Below the pieces are notes generated by a model that was not told the DNA's origin, ran no database searches, and was given only the letters and a program-made list of their open reading frames with translations. Source: Eledone cirrhosa (taxonomy: Eukaryota). Taken from it: 64,000 nt of DNA. The position numbers and the translations under genes were made by a program. Of the stretch, positions 57,401 to 64,000 are shown piece after piece (position 1 is the first letter of the stretch; every line of letters starts with the position of its first letter). The stretch is from NCBI GenBank assembly GCA_964016885.1, contig OZ024740.1, forward strand, positions 54,870,001-54,934,000. The letters are read 5' to 3'.

Positions 57401-57774
57401 TAAATCATGTCCTTAGAATTATTAGATAAAACATATACAATTTCCGATATATTTGACGATATATTTGGTCAGTTTCTACATGCTGTTGAAATGTTGGGTA
57501 AATACTCTATTGTGGTCAACCGCGAAGGGGCTGCTTTCGGTTGTTTATCAAATATTTCTTCATAGGAGCCTTTATTCTTATAGCCTGGTCTAATTGATTT
57601 TTTATATGGTTAATTATGCTAATTGGGAGAGGAAATAGTATATATTTTATATAATAATTCTAAGGACATGATTAATGATATATTGCTCTGATTATTTAAT
57701 TTATTAATTCCTCATTGAGCCATACCGTGAACGGTTGCCACATTTAGATCTGTGACTTTATGTGTATGTAAATA

Positions 57775-57859
<85 letters not shown>

Positions 57860-57948
57860 TACATATATATATATGCGTATATATATATATATGTGTGTGT
57901 GTATATATATATATATATATCTCTCTATATATATATATATATGCATAC

Positions 57949-58025
<77 letters not shown>

Positions 58026-58071
58026 TATAGATATATATAGAGATATAGATATATATATATGCATACATTTA

Positions 58072-58135
<64 letters not shown>

Positions 58136-58631
58136 TATATGTGCGTGTGTGTCAGTGTTTCTATATATATATAAATGTATGTATGTGTATGTGTATATGT
58201 ATATTTACATACATACATTATGTATGTATGTACGTGTGTGTGTATATAGTTACATATACATATATGATATACGCAATATATACACACATATATATATGTG
58301 TGTATATATTGCGTATATCCTAACTTGCTGTCATGAAGCCAACCACTATCTCCATCAACAACGGCGTCGTTATGATCATCATCATCACCAGTAGCAGTAT
58401 TATCTCATTATTCTGCTCATTATCATTAACATTGTCATCACCCTAGCCATCATCGTCATCACCATTGAAATAATAGCAACATCCTTTCCGCCCAACAACA
58501 CTTATCAACCTACCCTCCCTATTTTACCCGATTCTTACCCCCAGTTTTTAACAGTGGGGGGAGGGATTTCAAGCCATTTTCCCCATTCTCTTTTCCTTTA
58601 TCCATTGTTGCTATTGAAATTACAATCATTA

Positions 58632-58837
58632 TCTTCTTCTTCTTCTTCTTCTTCTTCTTCTTCTTCTTCTTCTTCTTCTTCTTCTTCTTCTTCTTCTTCT
58701 TCTTCTTCTTCTTCTTCTTCTTCTTCTTCTTCTTCTTCTTCTTCTTCTTCTTCTTCTTCTTCTTCTGCTGCTACTACTACTACTGCCATGACCACCGCCA
58801 ACACTACCACCATCATCACCACCACCACTATCATCAT

Positions 58838-58880
<43 letters not shown>

Positions 58881-58887
58881 GCTGCTG

Positions 58888-58942
<55 letters not shown>
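58632..58942. repeat. (TTC)n followed by (CTA)n trinucleotide repeats
   Basis: Directly visible; source of the poly-S/T/E/V ORFs. Confidence 0.97.
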
Positions 58943-58945
<3 letters not shown>

Positions 58946-59528
58946 CAACATTACCATCACCATCATCACCATTACCATCACCATCACCATCATTCCCGAG
59001 TATATATTTTTCCAGGGATTACCTGGTGAAACGTGCCATAGACATACAAAATTATAACTTTCAGACGATGCAACTTAAAGTTTGCCTGCAGCAAACGCGT
59101 GTTCAACGTAACAGCGCTGCAGAGTCATACCCGAAGGAAATACTTCCAAATTTCCGAAATGTTCATAAAAAGCACAAAATAAACGAACATGAGATATATA
59201 ATACTGAAAAGAAAAAAATTAAATACGGAAAAAATACCAACAACACAATCCTGCAACAAACTAACTGTGTAGAACAAAAAACAAACGTCATTCTTATATT
59301 TATTGCCATGTACTTTATGGAGTATTGTAATCATATATTTGCATTTCATTTTCTATATACATGAATATATACATAAATATATACACAAATAAGTACATAC
59401 ATACATACACACGTACATACATATATACATATACATACATACATACATATATACACAGATATATAGATATATACATATATAGATGTGCACACATATATAT
59501 CAATAAATATAATATGTACACACGCACA

Positions 59529-59706
<178 letters not shown>

Positions 59707-60566
59707 GAAAAGTATAGAAATTGTTGTAGCGAGAAGCTAACAGTATTCCATAACATTCACATATATATATATAAGTGGGTGAGTGAGTATGGGAGAGTTT
59801 TAGTGCAGTGCTTAAAGCAGTTTTACTCTATCATAGAAAAGCGGTATTCGTTTCCTTCCAGCCAAGCAAGCTAATCTGACCATACATTTCATCCCCAAGT
59901 GTGAATTTACATGACTTTTTCAACTATGGGACAAACGAATTTGAAACTCTTCATTTACACACACACACATACATATATATATAATTATATATACGTTATT
60001 CCGGGTTGAATGGGAGGTAACCACAGTAAGTAAGGTACTCAATGCATTGCAGAGTATAAAAGTTTTAATATAGATTTGATTCTACATGACTAGAACTGTT
60101 TCCTTCTTTAGAAATCATTGTATATATACATATATTCATATATAAACATATATATACATATATATATATATACATGTATATATATATATATACATATATA
60201 TACATATATATATATGTATATGTATATATATTGCACACACATTATATCTCCCAATATAAGTGTGTATATATATATATATACATAGATAAATTTCTTTATT
60301 AGCCACAAGGGCACACAAGAAGGGGACAAATACAAATGGGGAGTTTACATACAGGTATATGAAAATAAAACTATTAATACAATAACAAATGACAATTGAA
60401 ATCCCCAATATGGGGGAGGTGTTACACAGGGGTTGTACACGATAGATAGATCGATAGATAGATTTATAGATAGATAGATAGATAGATATGTTTCTTTTAT
60501 TTGCCACCAGGGCATCAAAAATGGGACAAGTACAAAGGGGGGAGTTTACACAAAAAGGCGTCCTCA

Positions 60567-60567
<1 letters not shown>

Positions 60568-60656
<89 letters not shown>

Positions 60657-60722
60657 GGGTAGATAGATAGATATAAAGATAGATTAGTGGATAGATAGAT
60701 AGATGGATGGATAGATAGATAT
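60568..60722. repeat. (GATA)n microsatellite
   Basis: Directly visible. Confidence 0.97.
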
Positions 60723-61008
60723 ATCTATGTTTGTGACTGTGTATAGAAAATTCGCTAGATGCATCAATAAGCAATAATCATGTTTCGGTTTAATCCTTTT
60801 AGGTTTCAGTATGCAGTTAGTTGTTTCAATATATTCAACAGAAGAGAAAACTAATTCTCTAGACTTATGTATGGAACCATTTTATATGACTTCTTTGTTA
60901 ATGTTCATTTACAAACTAGTATATATCTAGAGGTATATACATGAATGAGTGCATGTATATGTAAGTATATATATATAAATACAAGCATACACCTAATACA
61001 ACCCCCCC

Positions 61009-61043
<35 letters not shown>

Positions 61044-61112
61044 TGTTATACTTTGGGAGGGTCATGTTGCCAATAATATACATATAAATATATACAAAAA
61101 TATATATATACC

Positions 61113-61641
61113 AGAGACCCTCCATCTCAATTCTAATTGTGAAAAGCAGAAGAACTGCGAAACCGGTAAAGGAACCAAATAAATATATATATATTTTTTT
61201 AAATAAGACTCTAGTTGCATTTTCGATTTCATCTTTTTTTCTTTATACTTTCAATCGTTTGGTTGTTTTTCATTTTGTAAAAAAAAACTCACTTTCTAAT
61301 ATATATATATATATATATTAGAAAGTGATTTTTTTTTTTTTACAAAATGAAAAATAACCGAGGTGTCCTACACGGATGAAAGTATAAAGAAAAAAAGATG
61401 AAATCGAAAATGCAACTGGAGTCTTATTTAAAAATATATATATATATATATTTATTTGGTTTCTTTACCGGTTCGCAGATCTTCTGCTTTTCAAAAGTAG
61501 AATTGAGATGGAGGGTCTGTGGTTTTTCTCACATCTCACATTTTGAAAAGCAGAAGAACTGCGAAACCGGTAAAGGAACCAAATAAATATATATATATAT
61601 TTTTAAATAAGACTCCAGTTGCATATTTGATTTCATCTTTT

Positions 61642-61642
<1 letters not shown>
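61113..61642. mobile_element. Three alternating-orientation copies of the U3-A8 hammerhead family
   Basis: Plus copy 61113-61300, minus copy 61318-61531, plus copy 61541-61642; intact core TTGAAAA at 61543-61549. Confidence 0.82.
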
Positions 61643-61693
<51 letters not shown>

Positions 61694-61912
61694 TATAGAT
61701 ATCCATATGTGTTCTCATATATAGTGCATATATGTATATAGATATACATATTTTTATACATATATAGAAACGTATATTTATATCATTATATACATATGTA
61801 TATTATATAAAGAGAGAGAAACACAGTGGAGAGTAAATTAGATAAAAACTTTGACAGATAGACCAAACGGACTTACATATGTATTCCCGCAAATATATAA
61901 GCATATTATTTT

Positions 61913-61979
<67 letters not shown>

Positions 61980-62661
61980 TACACATTGCTATTTACTACA
62001 GTTTACTTTCAAAACCACATATGTCGCTTTTTTTCACGTTTGAATTTAATTTCTATTTTTCAGGCTTTTATTCATTTTTATATATTTTTCATATATTTGT
62101 ATTTTTTACTATTTATTTACAAACAATGAATTCTTTGTATGTTCCAGGTTATCTTCAGACAATGCCTTTATTTTGCTGTCTTCTCTATGTCCCACTCTCT
62201 CTCTCTTCTTTTGCCTATATTTCTCTGTCACACTAGCTTTCTTTATCCTTTTCCACTCTTTGTATTTCCAAACAGTCCATTGGTCACTGGACACTCTTGT
62301 TTTTCCTTTATCCTTGTACTAAACTGAGGACACTTTCCTCCATTCTTGTCACAAACATATTTCACACACATACGCACACCCACACAACACACTCAAACAC
62401 ATAAATACATCCGCATGCATACGCTTACGTCGCTAGAGCGCATAAATAACTCACACACACGCACACACACACATATATATGTGTGTGTGTGTGTATATAT
62501 ATATTTATATATACATTCATACATACACGCACACACACACACACACATATTTATATATATGTGTGTGTGTATATATATATTTATATATACATTCATACAT
62601 ACACGCACACACACACACACACACATATATATGTGTGTGTGTGTGCGTGTATGTATGAATG

Positions 62662-62699
<38 letters not shown>

Positions 62700-63136
62700 T
62701 ATATATATATATATACAGATACAGAGAGAGAGAGAGGGAGAGAGGGAAAGAAAGGGAGAATTGTATGCAATGACTATAACAGGTTTAAACATACACAATA
62801 TTATATTCAGTACAAGGAGAAAAATACTAGAATTTACAAACACACACATATACACACAACACGCACAAACGTAAGCATACATACAATTTTAGAAGGGTAC
62901 ATATGCACAATGACGCACACACAAACACACAACTGAAAGACAGATACACACGCAATACATGTCGAGCTAATCAGGTTCTCTCGGGAAAAAATCACCATTA
63001 TTCTTTGAATCATCATTACTATTTTCATCACACTCACCATCACTACTATGACCAACAATAACACAATAACCAACACTCAACAAAACACCCCATAACATTG
63101 CTGTTATTGCTGCTGCTGCTACTGCTGCTGCTGCTG

Positions 63137-63185
<49 letters not shown>

Positions 63186-63424
63186 CACACACACACACAG
63201 AAGTACAACCACACACAAGCACATACACACACACACACATACACGTATATATATATATATATATATATATGTTATATACATATGGATATACTTTTATACA
63301 CATTCAAGTATATAAATATAAAAATATTTACAAATGTATATTTGTGTGTGTATATATATATATATATATTCATTCATAGATGCATTCATATATAGATAGG
63401 TTTATATATACATTGTTACATACT

Positions 63425-63800
63425 TACACACACACATGCATACATACATACGTACATACATACACACATACATACACACATACATACATACATACGTACG
63501 TACACACACACATACATACATACGTACGTACATACACACATACATGCATACATACATACATACATACATACATACATACATACATACATACCTACATACA
63601 TACACACACACATACACACATACATACATACACACATACATACAAACATACATACACACATACATACAAACATACATACACACGTACATACTTACATACA
63701 AACATACACACACACACACACATACATACACATACATACACACACACATACATAAATTCATGCATACATTCACACATACATACATTCATACATATATACT
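63425..63800. repeat. Degenerate (CATA)n/(CA)n microsatellite
   Basis: Directly visible. Confidence 0.95.
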
Positions 63801-64000
63801 TACTTACATATTGGTATGTGTGTGTTTGTGTGTGTATTTTCATACATAGACTGAAATAGACAGTTGCAATTTGTATTTAATTCATGTCTAAACACACATA
63901 GTTATCCATATATATTTGTTTCTGTATGTGCGTGTGTGCATGCAGGAATATGTATAATTTTAATCTTAAATTTAAGTAAGCAAGATAAATAATATTACGA

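Noticed and set aside
59010-59105. Two partial hammerhead-like motifs (CCAGG/CCTGG-T-GAAA; CAGACGA..GCAAA-CGCGTG)
   Set aside because: Each lacks half of the core or stem I, so neither can be supported.

Overview
AT-rich, microsatellite-saturated animal genomic DNA, most likely an octopod cephalopod (inferred only from the dominant tRNA-derived SINE). No intact host gene is recognisable, and nearly all ORFs in the track are microsatellite artefacts. Recognisable content is decayed retroelements: one near-full-length GC-rich CRE-like element (RT + restriction-like endonuclease, ~6.4-9.45 kb), five R4/Dong-like fragments, two L1/Tx1-like copies, RTE- and CR1-like 3' fragments, and many SINEs. 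The main signal is non-coding. The short unique-looking islands between (TA)n tracts, many of them fold-back palindromes, repeatedly contain minimal type-I hammerhead ribozyme (HHR) folds. I count about nine sequence-distinct families in 64 kb. Most have a palindromic stem III and several have non-canonical cores (U3-A8, U4C, U4A, Y.Y at 10.1/11.1, a ~57-60 nt stem II domain, or no stem II). This fits Penelope-like pLTR remnants or non-autonomous retrozymes inserting into (TA)n. All folds were paired by eye and none is experimentally validated. Repeat boundaries are approximate.
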